Of a stretch of 64,000 nucleotides of DNA, positions 33,371 through 42,827 are shown piece after piece. The DNA comes from Candidatus Dormiibacterota bacterium (GTDB taxonomy: Bacteria > Chloroflexota > Dormibacteria > Aeolococcales > Aeolococcaceae). The notes below the pieces were generated by a model. The model was not told the DNA's origin. It did no database searches and worked only from the letters and a program-made list of their open reading frames with translations. Position 1 is the first letter of the stretch, and each line of letters begins with the position of its first letter. Both the position numbers and the translations under genes were made by a program. Where the stretch lies: assembly GCA_963709585.1 (NCBI GenBank), contig CAVPXI010000004.1:32001-96000 (forward strand). The letters are read 5' to 3'.

Positions 33371-33557
33371 TCGGCGAGGGTCCCTTCCGTCGAACCCAGG
33401 ATTGACTATGAGCGGCGCGGTTCTTGAGGTCGTACGCGAGGAGTTCAGGCGCATGCACTGACGGTCGTCCTCGCTTCGACGACTTGCATGAAAATAGGAA
33501 ACGCGTCCGCTCGTCACCGGGCGCGTTCGCGCCGTAGGGTGTCAGCCGGGGTGTCGG
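33371..33557. repeat. Degenerate internal att-like site with arm repeats
   Basis: GGCGAGGG..TCGAACCC..GCGGTTCTTGAG resembles the att tRNA fragment and is followed 110 bp later by CGCGCCGTAGGGTGTCAG..GGTGTCGG. At the left end the spacing is 109 bp. Confidence 0.5.
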
Positions 33558-33649
33558 CTGAACGCGTGCGCGGCGAGCGTGGCCGGGCTCGAGTGCGACG
33601 TTATTCCTTGCTGGCAGCTCGCGCCGTGGTTGCGGTGAAGGTTCCTCAT

Positions 33650-34210
33650 TTAGTGCGGCTGCCCTAAGGTCACTGCTCCCGTCGGCGCACCATTGCCGTT
33701 TCGCGGCGACTTACGGCCCTTCTTCCGTGGTCGACTACGCCACTGTTCCCAGGCAGGAGCGCGACGTATGCAGAGAACGGCACCAATCAAAGGGGAGTAC
33801 CAAACCAGGTAGGCGAGGAGAGAGATAAGGGGATTGCCGGCTGCGAACACGAGTTTGAGGCTGAGCGGATACAACGCAGTTCCCGCAGCTATCAGCAACC
33901 AGCCAAGCACCCAAAGTCGCATCGGCATGGCCGATGCCGAGACTGCCAGTTCGCGGGGCACCAGGCGCTTCCGAATAGGTGCCAGGATCAACACGGTCGG
34001 GTAGGTCGCAACGACGGCAGCAGTGAGGAGCGGACCTTCGGTAAAACCGAATGGAATGGTGAGCGCGAAGAAGATCACCATCACACCCACGAGTAGAACG
34101 GCCCCCGGCCAGTAGCGGACACCTTCATCCCAGCGAGGGGTTGCGTATCCCAGAGGATATGAATCCCAGCGGGGTGGCCGTTGCTTCTCTGGCTTCCCTT
34201 CTACCTTCAC
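33650..34210 (-). CDS. Hypothetical four-TM membrane protein (cargo)
   Basis: 186-aa ORF with four hydrophobic segments and visibly AT-richer codon usage. Confidence 0.6.
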   Translation of the reverse strand: MKVEGKPEKQRPPRWDSYPLGYATPRWDEGVRYWPGAVLLVGVMVIFFALTIPFGFTEGPLLTAAVVATYPTVLILAPIRKRLVPRELAVSASAMPMRLWVLGWLLIAAGTALYPLSLKLVFAAGNPLISLLAYLVWYSPLIGAVLCIRRAPAWEQWRSRPRKKGRKSPRNGNGAPTGAVTLGQPH

Positions 34211-34731
34211 GTCAGCACGAACGATAGCTCACCGACGACGGGGAATTGGCATAGCGGCATCAGTTTCGTGCGACCATTTCCTGTGGGCTCTGATGGACAG
34301 GGATGAAGCGCTGCTTCGGCTTCGTGCCGCGCTGATCGCTCTGATCGGCGGTGAGCCATTCGCGGGAGCAGGCGTGCCGAGGCGTCCGCGCTCGCCGTCC
34401 GGCCCGGACGCCGCCGCAGTCAAGCTCCCCAGCTCGAACGAGGACCTTGACAATCGGCCTACCCCGCGCTGAGGAGGGCGTCGTGCTGCTGGACGTCAGA
34501 ACGTCGATGACGTGGGTGACGATCTTCCAGGGCGGGACATTCAAATACCAAGCGGGGCGGGGTAGATGCAAACCCTCGAACCGGGGCCGCTCGCGCGTCT
34601 GATACGAGCGCTTCTCATGGTCATCGCTCCGCGGCGCCGGATTGTTCCTGGCCATGACGAGAGGCGACCTCCGACTGAGGGAGCAGGGGTCCCGGCGCGA
34701 CCAAGAGGCCCACCCCGACATTGAATGCGGG

Positions 34732-36125
34732 GTCAAGTCCCAGGTAGTGGTGTGAATTCGTTGGAGTTCTCCCAACGTCGGTGAATTACGCGACGAGTCC
34801 CTCCGTGAGCGGGTTGGTGAGCAACGCTGGAGCGTCCGGGTGGAGCACGCGCGCCATCGATTGCTGACTGAAGTGCCGGCGGCCGTCCTGCCACTCGTCG
34901 TGTTGGTCCTGGAGCACGGCGGTGAACAGACGCAGCAGTGAGGCGGTGTTGGGGAAGATGCCGACCACCTTGGCGCGGCGGTCGAGCTCGGCGTTGACGC
35001 GCTCGATGGCGTTGGTCGACGAGATCGAGCGCCAGTGGTCGACGGGGAAGTCCAGGTAGGCGAGCACATCGGCCTCAGCCGCACGCAGCTTGGCTGCCAC
35101 GGCGGGGAAGCGCGGCTCCAACACGTTGAGGGCATGGTTCACCGCATCTCGTGACGTCTCACGGGTCGGCTGCAGGAAGATCGACTTCACCACCGCGAGC
35201 ACCGCCGGCGCGTGCAGCTTGGGCACGGCGCTGGCCGCGTTGCGCAGGAAGTGCACCTTGCAGCGCTGCCACGCGGCGCCGGCGAACACCTGCGACAACG
35301 CACTGCGCAGCCCTTCGTGGGCGTCGGAAATGACCAGTTGCACGCCGCTCAGCCCACGCCGCGCCAGGCTGCGGCAGAACTCCAGCCAGAACGCCTCGGT
35401 CTCACTGGCGCCAATGGCGAGGCCGAGCACGCTCTTCTCGCCGGTCTCACGCACGCCGACGGCGACCACCGCGGCCTGGCTGACGATCCGCGCACCCTGA
35501 CGCACCTTCTCGTAGGTGGCGTCAAACCAGACGTACGGGTACGGCTCATCGAGCGGTCGCTCACGGAACTCGGCGAGCTCTTCGTCGAGGAGCGCACAGA
35601 TCCGGCTCACCTCGCTGCGACTGATGCTGCAGCCACCCAGCGCGGCCATGAGGTCATCGACCTTGCGGGTGCTGATGCCGAGCACGTAAGCCTCCTGAAC
35701 CACCGCCAGGAGCGCTCGGTCGATGCGTCGTCGTGGCTCGAGCAAGGTCGGGAAGAAGCTTCCAGAACGCAGCTTGGGGATCTGCAGCTCGAGGCGCCCC
35801 GATCCGGTGTCGAGGATCCGCTCTCGGTAGCCGTTGCGATACGTGGTCCGGCTCACCGATCGCTCGTGCGGGCCGGCGCCGATCTGCGTGGCCGCCTCGG
35901 CTTCGATCAAGCGCTGCATCGCCTGCTCGAGGACGCGTCGCAACACGTCGGTGTCTGCGCCTTGGAGTTGCTCGAGCAGTGCCGGGGGCATCATCCTGTT
36001 CTGGGCCATCGTGGGTCTCCTGGTTTGGGTAAGAGCTTCCAAGAGAACTCCGCGGTGGCCTTCTCTGTCTACCTCGTCGGCAGTCCAGAAGTCACCCGGA
36101 TTTACACCACGTTAACGGACATCAC
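34732..36125 (-). mobile_element. IS256-family insertion sequence
   Basis: Imperfect terminal IRs (GTCAAGTCC..GTGGTGTGAAT and GTGATGTCC..GTGGTGTAAAT). Target duplication TGAATGCGGG at 34722-34731 and 36126-36135. Confidence 0.9.
34786..36010 (-). CDS. IS256-family (Mutator-like) DDE transposase
   Basis: RNGYRER, IPKLRSGSFFP, GISTRKV, VWFDATYEKVR, LVISDAHEGL, WQRCKVHF and STNAIERVN motifs. Confidence 0.95.
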
Positions 36126-36466
36126 TGAATGCGGGCGAAGCCGAACCTGCCCAGCGATCCAAACTGACCCCTACCGATCTTTCCTGAGTTGACTTTTGTG
36201 CCGCTGACATATCGTCTTGAGCCCGGCTTTTCGTGACGCAAGAAGGGTCGTGCGCACCGCCGGTGCAACTGTGTGTGATGTGAAGGAGCGATGCCGAGAA
36301 AGAAATGCGTTGGATGCGGAGAAAAGATGGAGGGAGAGAAGGCGGATGGAGGCGTGTGGCGATGTGGATGAGGGAGTTGGCTGTGGAGGCGTGGCCTGGG
36401 TAGCTGGCTCGGCGGGGTGTGTGGTTTTCGGAGCGGGCCTGCTCCCCCCGCTCGGGCGCGTTGCGG

Positions 36467-37030
36467 CTATCGAGCCATCCCGCCGCGGGGGGACCATCCC
36501 AGCCGCTTGGCCCGCTTCCGCTCCTCTCGCTGCCTGCGCCCGTGCTCCGCGCCGGTCAGATGCGGGGACGTCAGCAGAACCACGGCGCGCTCGGCGCTTT
36601 CCCGCACCGGCGTCCACGGCCCTCCCGGCGCCTGCACTCGGGCGCACTCCGCGGCTGCGGCGGCGATCGCCCGCCATGCGGCCACGGCTGCCGGCGTTGG
36701 GGCGGGCGCCCCACGCAGCACGTGGAGACTGTCTGCGTTTGCGAAGGCGCTATCCCAGCGGCGCAGCGCCCGACGCGCAGCGGCCTGGCGTGCGCGCTCC
36801 TCGCGCGCGGTGGCACGAAGGCCGGTCAGCGCTTCCCGGCGCGTCTCCCAGAAGCCCGCTCCGGAGAGACGTAACCGCCCTTGCGCATGTGGCCATCGCG
36901 GCATCGACTCGGGTTGGCCCTGGCGTCGACGCCTGTAGGCAGCAGCGCGACACGCTTGGCCGCAGAATCGCGGCGGACGGCCGCGGACGGAGCGCATCTC
37001 TATTGCAACGTTGCATGCGGCACAGTGGAT
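36467..37030 (-). pseudogene. Degenerate zinc-finger protein of the mobile-element type
   Basis: CAAC-x9-RGRPPRFCGQACRAAAYRRR motif, with no in-frame start upstream of the first CxxC. Confidence 0.35.
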
Positions 37031-37236
37031 TGGACTTCTGATCGACGACGCGCGGCTTCACGTCGTCGTCATCGCGCCGCGATCACGTGCAGGACGAACA
37101 CCGGCGATATGCGGCGACCGTTGCCATGTCCCGATATCGCGCGCATTGGATCGAGTATGCCGTTGCGCCCGAACGCATACCAGCGATCGCGAAAAGTGTA
37201 AGCGACCGGTAAGCGCCAGGGATGTAGAGTGCAGAC

Positions 37237-37530
37237 ATGTCGCAGTCAGAGTTGGTCTTCGATGAACCTCGTGTACGAGAGAACGCAGAGGTTCGGTTCC
37301 AGCCGCTGACGTCCGTCCGCGCTTCTCACGAGAGCGGTAATCGTGCGCGAGCGCTCCTGATCACCGTACGCGAGGCCGCAGAGCGACTTGGATGCGGTCG
37401 CACGTTCATGTACGAGCTCATCAGTGCTGGCGAGCTTGAGACGGTCAAGCTTGGAAGGCAGCGCCGGGTTCCCGTGGCAGCGCTCGACGCCTTGGTCGAA
37501 CGCCTTCGAGTCAGTGCACGCGACGACTGA
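37237..37530 (+). CDS. xis: Excisionase-family HTH (HTH_17) DNA-binding protein
   Basis: LLITVREAAERLGCGRTFMYELISAGELETVKLGRQRRVP. Confidence 0.85.
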   Translation: MSQSELVFDEPRVRENAEVRFQPLTSVRASHESGNRARALLITVREAAERLGCGRTFMYELISAGELETVKLGRQRRVPVAALDALVERLRVSARDD

Positions 37531-37588
37531 CGATCATTTCGCGCGGGCTCGCGTTCGAGATCGGTGCTGCGCATCCGAGAGAAGTCCG

Positions 37589-38713
37589 CTAAGGACGCAG
37601 GATGTCGTCCATTGCACGTGCGGCTTCGCGTTGCATCGTCGGTGTGACATGGGAGTACAGATCGAGCGTGATACCCACAGTGGTGTGGCCAAGCATCTCT
37701 GAGACGATCTTCGGGTGGATGCCACGTCCCAGTAGCAACGTCGCGGCGGTGTGGCGCAGATCGTGAAAGCGGATGCGGGGGAGACCGGCCCGCTTCAACA
37801 ACGGCACGAATTGCCCAAGCAAGAGGTGGCCTCCATCCTGTGGCTTCCCGAACTGGTTGGGGAAGACGAGATCGTGGTCCTGCCATTCCTCGCCGAGGAG
37901 GAGTCGCACCTCAGTCTGGCTGGCACGGTGCCGGCGCAAGGCATCGCTGGCAAAATCGGAGAGTTCGACTTGGCGGCGCGAGCGGGATGTCTTCGTCTCG
38001 GCGATGACAAGCTGACGGTCGAACCCGCGCTGGAGTGTGCCGACGACGTGGATGGTGCCGCGGTTGAGATCGACATCGCGCCATCGCAGCGCGAGAAGCT
38101 CGCCGCGTCTCATGCCGGTACTCACCGCGACCGCGACGATCGCCTCAAGTGGCCCTTGCTTTGCCGCCTCGAGCAGCACCCGTACCTGGTCCGGGTTCAG
38201 GACCGTCATTTCAGTTCGGCGGACACGTGGAGGGTCGACCAGGTCAGCGACGTTGCGGGGCACGAGGTTCCAGCGCACCGCTTGGCCGAGCGCCGTATGG
38301 AGCGTCGCGTGGAGGTGATGCACTGTGGTCGTACTGAGGCCGGCACGGAGGCGGCCCTCGTAGAGACGCGTCAGGTGGTGCGGCGTCAGGCGACTCACCT
38401 TCACGTTGCCGATCACGGGCACGATGTGGATGCGGACGTACTCCTCGCTCCGGCGCCAGGGCGCCGGGCGCAACTGGGACCGCCGCCCCTCGAGCCAGGT
38501 GGCAAGGAACGAGGCGACCGTCTCCTGGCCGCTGGGCAGCGGGAGGCCACTGCTGAGCTGTTGAGTGAGCGCTCCGAGCTTGTGGGCGACGTCGGTCCTG
38601 GTCTTCCCGTATACGTAGCGCCGCCGTCCATTCAGCCCGGTCGCGTAGGCCGCCCAGCGTCCGTCCGCGCGCTTGACGATCGACCCCTCACCCTTCCCTC
38701 GTCTCCCTGGCAC
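37589..38713 (-). CDS. int: Tyrosine recombinase / phage-type integrase
   Basis: RGKGEGSI N-terminus, TGMRRGELLAL, KT, RFHDLRHTAAT, LGH and catalytic YSHV. Confidence 0.96.
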   Translation of the reverse strand: MPGRRGKGEGSIVKRADGRWAAYATGLNGRRRYVYGKTRTDVAHKLGALTQQLSSGLPLPSGQETVASFLATWLEGRRSQLRPAPWRRSEEYVRIHIVPVIGNVKVSRLTPHHLTRLYEGRLRAGLSTTTVHHLHATLHTALGQAVRWNLVPRNVADLVDPPRVRRTEMTVLNPDQVRVLLEAAKQGPLEAIVAVAVSTGMRRGELLALRWRDVDLNRGTIHVVGTLQRGFDRQLVIAETKTSRSRRQVELSDFASDALRRHRASQTEVRLLLGEEWQDHDLVFPNQFGKPQDGGHLLLGQFVPLLKRAGLPRIRFHDLRHTAATLLLGRGIHPKIVSEMLGHTTVGITLDLYSHVTPTMQREAARAMDDILRP

Positions 38714-38811
38714 CCACTAAGTATGCCAGCGTCCAGTATAGGGTGTCAATAAGGTGTCAAACTCAATGTGAGCTGGCTTGGGCGGATAGCTGGCCTGAAG
38801 TCTCACGGACC

Positions 38812-38838
38812 AAAGCCCCTTATCCGCTAAGGGGTTTT
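38812..38838. terminator. Intrinsic terminator downstream of tRNA-Ser(UGA)
   Basis: Hairpin AAAGCCCCTTA-TCCGC-TAAGGGGTTTT with A/T tails. Confidence 0.7.
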
Positions 38839-38928
<90 letters not shown>

Positions 38929-39029
38929 GCGTGGGCTCATGCCAGTTTAAGCGGCATCCTCCTCGGCGAGCGAGGGGTGGGGCACCAGGTTGAATCGTTT
39001 CGTTGACGAACGGGCTCCGAACGCCGACC

Positions 39030-39425
39030 ATGAACCGTGTGCTCGGACTCATCATCTTCGTCGGTTGCATCCTGGCGTTCCTGCTGCTGCTCTTCTGGTA
39101 CGTCTTGAGAGGCGAGCCGAACACCGAGCCGGCAATCGGGACCAACCGGCCGTATCCAGAGGGAGTCGGGCCGACCGGGGCAGGCGCGGACGAGGCGCCC
39201 TATCTCCCAACCTTCATTGTCAGCGAGGCGGAAGAGTTCCGCCGCAGCGCCGACCGACGGCTGACTCGTATGTTCCGCCAGCCGCGCGTCCGGGCTCGAA
39301 GCTGGATGGACGAGCCCGGCGCACTCGAAGCCGCGGGTCTGGTCGATGCTCCACCCCCGTCACCCGAGCCGAGCGTTACTCCTGCGGTGCCACCTCGACG
39401 ACACCGGCACAAGAAGCACCGTTAG
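39030..39425 (+). CDS. Hypothetical membrane-anchored protein
   Basis: N-terminal TM helix followed by a Pro-rich tail. Confidence 0.55.
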   Translation: MNRVLGLIIFVGCILAFLLLLFWYVLRGEPNTEPAIGTNRPYPEGVGPTGAGADEAPYLPTFIVSEAEEFRRSADRRLTRMFRQPRVRARSWMDEPGALEAAGLVDAPPPSPEPSVTPAVPPRRHRHKKHR

Positions 39426-39919
39426 GCCGAGCCGCTGCCCATCCCCTCGAGTTGATCTGCGTGCTGCTCGAGGTGACCGACGAGGAACATCTCGACCAAT
39501 TCGTCGACGGTCATCTCTCCGAGTGTCGGGTGCAGCCCACGGATCTCCCACTGATCCGGTTCGATGTTTCCAAGGAAGGTGCGAAGACTCGCGATGTCCG
39601 CGCGCGTGTCCGCCCAGAGCACGGACACCGGCTCACGCCGATCGCGCTCGATTGCGCCGATGCGCTCAGGGTCGCCCTTGGTCCGTCCGAACGGAACCTG
39701 CGCTTCTGGCGACTGACGGCCCAGGACCGGCCCCGCCTGGACGATCCAGTACGGGATGAATTCCGAGAGATGAGCCCAGACCTGGCCGCGGTCCCATCGC
39801 TCGCCACTGTCGGGATCCGCATCGGTGAGCGCTCCGGGGGGCGGCGCCATCGCTGCCGCGGCGGCTAACCGGGCTTCGACCGCGTCGAGGCGCGCGAGGT
39901 ACCCATCGGTGGTGCTCAT
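39422..39919 (-). CDS. DinB/YfiT-like four-helix-bundle protein
   Basis: W..GQVWAHL and GLHPTLGEMTV...GHLEQHADQL His triad. Translationally coupled to the FAH gene. Confidence 0.75.
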   Translation of the reverse strand: MSTTDGYLARLDAVEARLAAAAAMAPPPGALTDADPDSGERWDRGQVWAHLSEFIPYWIVQAGPVLGRQSPEAQVPFGRTKGDPERIGAIERDRREPVSVLWADTRADIASLRTFLGNIEPDQWEIRGLHPTLGEMTVDELVEMFLVGHLEQHADQLEGMGSGSA

Positions 39920-40848
39920 CGCAGTGGCCGCAACGGGGCACCAGCGACCACGCGATTGCGAAGTTTTCCCAGCCGTTCGACGGCGAGCTCGACGACGTCG
40001 CCCGGCTGCAACCATGCATATCGATCGCTGCCGTGCACCAGGGACAGCTCGAGGATGCAACCGGTTCCGCACGTGCCCGAACCGATCACGTCTCCCGGCT
40101 CGACCCGGGTACCGCGCGATGCGTAGGCGATCATCTCGCCGAAGCTCCAGAAGATGTCCGCAAGCGAAGCGCGTGAATACTCGACGCCGTTCACAGTCGC
40201 GGTCATCTCGAGGTCGTAGCTCTTGTCGCGTCGCGTGTCCTCGAGCTCATCCGGAGTAACGAGCACGGGTCCGATCGAGGTCGCAAAATCCTTGCCTTTG
40301 ACTGGGCCCATGCTCAGCTTCATCTCGCGTCGCTGAAGGTCGCGCGCGCTCCAGTCGTTCATCACGCAATAGCCGGCGATGCCGAGCTGCGCCATGTCGG
40401 GGTCGAGGTCAGCGCCGCCCATACCCACCACAGCCGCGACCTCCAGCTCGTAGTCCATCTCCGCGCAGCCCGGCGGAATCGCGACATCAACGTCAGCGCC
40501 GCCAACCGCGTAGGGATTGCTGAAGTAGAAGACCGGCAGCTCGTACCAGTCGGGGTCCATTTCGAGGCCGCGTCGCTGGCGTGCGGTGCGCACGTGCTGT
40601 TCGAATGCGTAGAAGTCCCGAACCGTCGGCGGCTTGGGAATCGGCGCGAGCACCTGGACGGCGTCGAGCTCGAACACGTCATGCGGATCTCTGCGCAGCT
40701 CATCGCCCTCCGCAGCGAGCAGCGTGCCGTCGTCGCCGAGGAGGCTCAGCAGGGTGGTCCCGGGACCGCACGCGTGGATCCGCCCGTCGACGAGCAGGCC
40801 CGCGCGCCCGGCAGAGTACTTCGACTCGGTGAACGTCACCCAGCGCAT
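39916..40848 (-). CDS. Fumarylacetoacetate hydrolase-family protein
   Basis: RDFYAFEQH, PVFYFSN, DYELEVA, NDWSARDLQ, KGKDFATS and GSGTCGTGC motifs. Confidence 0.9.
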   Translation of the reverse strand: MRWVTFTESKYSAGRAGLLVDGRIHACGPGTTLLSLLGDDGTLLAAEGDELRRDPHDVFELDAVQVLAPIPKPPTVRDFYAFEQHVRTARQRRGLEMDPDWYELPVFYFSNPYAVGGADVDVAIPPGCAEMDYELEVAAVVGMGGADLDPDMAQLGIAGYCVMNDWSARDLQRREMKLSMGPVKGKDFATSIGPVLVTPDELEDTRRDKSYDLEMTATVNGVEYSRASLADIFWSFGEMIAYASRGTRVEPGDVIGSGTCGTGCILELSLVHGSDRYAWLQPGDVVELAVERLGKLRNRVVAGAPLRPLR

Positions 40849-41867
40849 CGAAGCCGCCGCCTGCGCATGAGTACAGCAAGCACGACGCCGGCTGCGATGA
40901 AAACGAATGCTCCCGCCGCGATCAGTGGAAGCGCTCCGCCAGAGCTGAGCGTCACTGCTGCGGTCACACCTGTCAGCAGACCGAGGCTCGCACCGGCGCT
41001 GCCTACTGCGTTGAACGCGCTGGGTAGACGGACGTGGTGGATCGGGACCCAGGGCGCGAGGCGTGGAATCAGGATCGGCGTGGCCGGGGCAGGGCGGTGG
41101 GTCGTCGTTACCACGTGCCGCACGCTGACGTGAGGAGCGCTGGCACGCGCGATGCGCTCGATGACGATCGCCATATCGCCGTAGATAGTGAGGGTTCGGG
41201 CGAACTGGGCCATGGTCGTGCCGTTGTAGGAGCCGGTCAGCGGGTCGCTGAACTCGAGCGTTCGGGCCGTCGTGTTCACGCCCATGAGCACCACGACGTG
41301 GCCGGCCTCGGTCCACGGCACCGTCCGACCATCCCATGCTTTCCAGGTTCGGGCGGTTTGCGACGAGTAGTCGACCGTCGTCCACACGAGCACCGGGTGA
41401 CCGGCCTCGACCGCGGCGTAGAGCGCCTGGGGAGTCCACCCGGTGAGCTGTGTCGCGACTGGCACGCCGAGGGACTGCGCGACGCGCGCGACGACCGGCG
41501 CGTACGCTCCCCAGCCGGCGTACTGGGCCCAGTGCGGATTGCTGCCGGGCTCGGAACCCATCACGTGTCCGACGAAGCTTGTGTACGGGTCGCCCCATTG
41601 CGCTGGGAGGCCGTCGGCGCCAAGCACTGGGGCGCGGGTATCGGTGGGAAAGTGACCCTGCACGTATTGCTGGGTCGTGCGCACACCGATGGACTCCAGG
41701 GCGATGGTCAGCGAGGCAGCTTCGCAGTCGAGCGGCATCTGCATCCGTTGCGTACCTACCGTGAGCCGGACCATCGCAGCGTCGGCCGTGACGGGAGCTG
41801 TCGCCAAGGCAACAGCGCCCATTCCGAGGGCGACGATCGCGGCGGTCCCCCTCTGCGCATGGACCAC
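40836..41867 (-). CDS. Secreted C39-like cysteine peptidase with C-terminal membrane anchor
   Basis: Signal peptide, Q..PLDCEAASL, GHVVVLMG, FSDP, then TM helix and RRRR tail. Confidence 0.75.
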   Translation of the reverse strand: MVHAQRGTAAIVALGMGAVALATAPVTADAAMVRLTVGTQRMQMPLDCEAASLTIALESIGVRTTQQYVQGHFPTDTRAPVLGADGLPAQWGDPYTSFVGHVMGSEPGSNPHWAQYAGWGAYAPVVARVAQSLGVPVATQLTGWTPQALYAAVEAGHPVLVWTTVDYSSQTARTWKAWDGRTVPWTEAGHVVVLMGVNTTARTLEFSDPLTGSYNGTTMAQFARTLTIYGDMAIVIERIARASAPHVSVRHVVTTTHRPAPATPILIPRLAPWVPIHHVRLPSAFNAVGSAGASLGLLTGVTAAVTLSSGGALPLIAAGAFVFIAAGVVLAVLMRRRRLRCAG

Positions 41868-41937
41868 CCCATCACTCTACGAGCGGCGGTAATTCGGATG
41901 GTCGCGAGCCGGACACGACATATACTGGCCCCGGCCT

Positions 41938-42029
41938 GGGGAGGTGGCTGAGAGGCTGAAAGCGCCCGCCTGCTAAGCGGGTGAGGATCTTAAGTCCCTC
42001 CGGGGGTTCGAATCCCCCCCTTCCCGCCA
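41938..42029 (+). tRNA. tRNA-Ser (anticodon GCU)
   Basis: GGGGAGG/CCTTCCC acceptor stem, CCCGC-CTGCTAA-GCGGG anticodon arm, long variable arm, TTCGAATC, CCA. Upstream -10 TATACT at 41921. Confidence 0.96.
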
Positions 42030-42149
42030 GGCCGGGGACGTGATCGCGAGTGGTACCAGCACCATCCTTGCTCGCATGCTGGCAGCCTTCCGCTCACGTG
42101 GCCGGCGGACTACGTTGGCGGCGGACGATCGAAGACTACTTACATAGAG

Positions 42150-42596
42150 GTGACCGTGAACGAGTTCGACATCGTGACTGTCATTCACCGGCCAATGGAT
42201 CAGGTCTTTGCCTTTCTCGTAGACACCGACAAGGCTGCCGACTGGAACCCCCAGGTGACGGAAGCGAGAAAGACGAGCGATGGACCGCTCGGCGTGGGCA
42301 CCACCCTGCTGTATGTCGGAAAGTTCCTGGGACGCTGTTTCGAATCGGTCTCGGAATGCACCGACTTCACTCCCAACCAGAGATTCAGCACCAAGACGAT
42401 CTCCGGCCCTTTCCACCTCGAAATCGAGAACACGCTGAGTTCGGTCGATGGCGGAACCAGGCTCGCAACCATCTATCGAGGCGAGAGCCGGGGCTTTTCC
42501 AAGCTCGCCGAGCCGGTGATCGTGCGCCTGACCAAGAAACAGTTCGAAACCGCGACGGAGAACTTGAAGGCGCTGCTTGAAGCCGAAGGCACGTAG
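42150..42596 (+). CDS. SRPBCC / polyketide cyclase-dehydrase family protein
   Basis: IHRPMDQVFAFL..WNP, GPLGVGT and C-terminal helix LKALLE. Confidence 0.85.
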   Translation: MTVNEFDIVTVIHRPMDQVFAFLVDTDKAADWNPQVTEARKTSDGPLGVGTTLLYVGKFLGRCFESVSECTDFTPNQRFSTKTISGPFHLEIENTLSSVDGGTRLATIYRGESRGFSKLAEPVIVRLTKKQFETATENLKALLEAEGT

Positions 42597-42827
42597 AAGA
42601 TCCGCGAGGCCCCGCGCTACGCATTGGGGTCTGGCCGTGGCCGACGTGAGCCTCCGATGGTCAGGTAATGTCCCGGCACAGCAGGTTGCGAGGCGGCGGA
42701 GATCTCTGGTAGTCTGACGCGATTGGCTCGTTCTGTAAGATAGTCACGAGCGGGGAGGGGACAGCGTGGGGGGAGGCAGCATGAGGCCGGTATTCAGCGG
42801 CATGGCCTTGGGTCCGGCGAGATCGGC

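Noticed and set aside
34229-34720. Short ORFs left of IS256 (possible toxin or remnant gene)
   Set aside because: No recognisable motif or consistent frame, so no CDS call can be supported.
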